Source of the DNA: Miltoncostaeaceae bacterium
GTDB taxonomy: Bacteria; Actinomycetota; Thermoleophilia; Miltoncostaeales; Miltoncostaeaceae
Assembly (NCBI GenBank): GCA_030598075.1
Contig: JAUVQP010000001.1
Span: 1 to 31,504 of the forward strand
DNA length: 31,504 nucleotides
Direction: 5' to 3'
Shown here piece after piece: positions 31,349 to 31,504 of the stretch. The notes beneath the pieces were generated by a model. The model did no database searches. It was not told the origin of the DNA and saw nothing but the letters and a program-made list of their open reading frames with translations. How positions within the stretch are numbered: position 1 is the stretch's first letter; each line of letters begins with the position of its first letter. The position numbers and the translations under genes were made by a program.

Positions 31349-31504
31349 TCACGCAGGCTGTTTGGCTTGAGTCTCGGCCACCTCGGCCACCTCGGCCACC
31401 TCGGCTGACTCGTGTTGACGGTAGTAGTTGGCCTCGAACTCGGCCGGCGGGATGCGGCCGAGTTCATGAAAGAGCCGGCGGTGGTTGAACCAGTCGATCC
31501 ACTC
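31349..31504 (-). CDS. IS3 transposase OrfB, C-terminal fragment (not in ORF track)
   Basis: Hand translation EWIDWFNHRRLFHELGRIPPAEFEANYYRQHESAEVAEVAEVAETQAKQPA*. Confidence 0.92.
   Translation of the reverse strand, partial: EWIDWFNHRRLFHELGRIPPAEFEANYYRQHESAEVAEVAEVAETQAKQPA
31373..31405. repeat. 9-bp tandem repeat (CTCGGCCAC x3.7) in the transposase tail
   Basis: Directly visible; encodes AEV-AEV-AEV on the minus strand. Confidence 0.9.

Larger units (their letters stand above)
31333..31504 (-). mobile_element. IS3-family element, right end (continues beyond the window)
   Basis: Terminal TGAACCGCCCCGGG at 31333, as in IS6110/IS629-type ends, adjacent to an OrfB C-terminus. Confidence 0.93.

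Noticed and set aside
30778-31467. 229-aa minus-strand ORF spanning the IS end
   Set aside because: Off-frame to both the transposase and the membrane gene; no recognisable content

Overview
Very GC-rich bacterial chromosomal DNA (over 70% by eye), most consistent with a deep-branching actinobacterium such as Thermoleophilia; the taxonomy is inference. The core is a housekeeping block: UvrD/PcrA-like helicase, mutM, recO-glyQ-glyS-ppdK, dgt-dnaG-rpoD. A more accessory right arm follows: CinY/HET-C-like + vWA + RTX secreted protein, MBL hydrolase, ABC-2 transporter, an orphan secreted protein and the end of an IS3 element. Best leads: (1) two inverted copies of a 160-bp MITE-like element with 17-bp TIRs, inserted at CTAG stop-codon sites; two of their three differences are a compensatory pair in a 13-bp hairpin and the third leaves a wobble pair, and both copies keep a 48-codon ORF. 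(2) An intact pyrimidine-nucleoside phosphorylase homolog that has lost its catalytic and phosphate-binding residues and overlaps mutM. (3) An IS3 end supplying an in-frame, GTGA-coupled start to the gene it interrupted. (4) A plant-SirB-like chelatase with a Cys tail. All assignments come from motif recognition; no database searches were run, and reference residue numbers are from memory.
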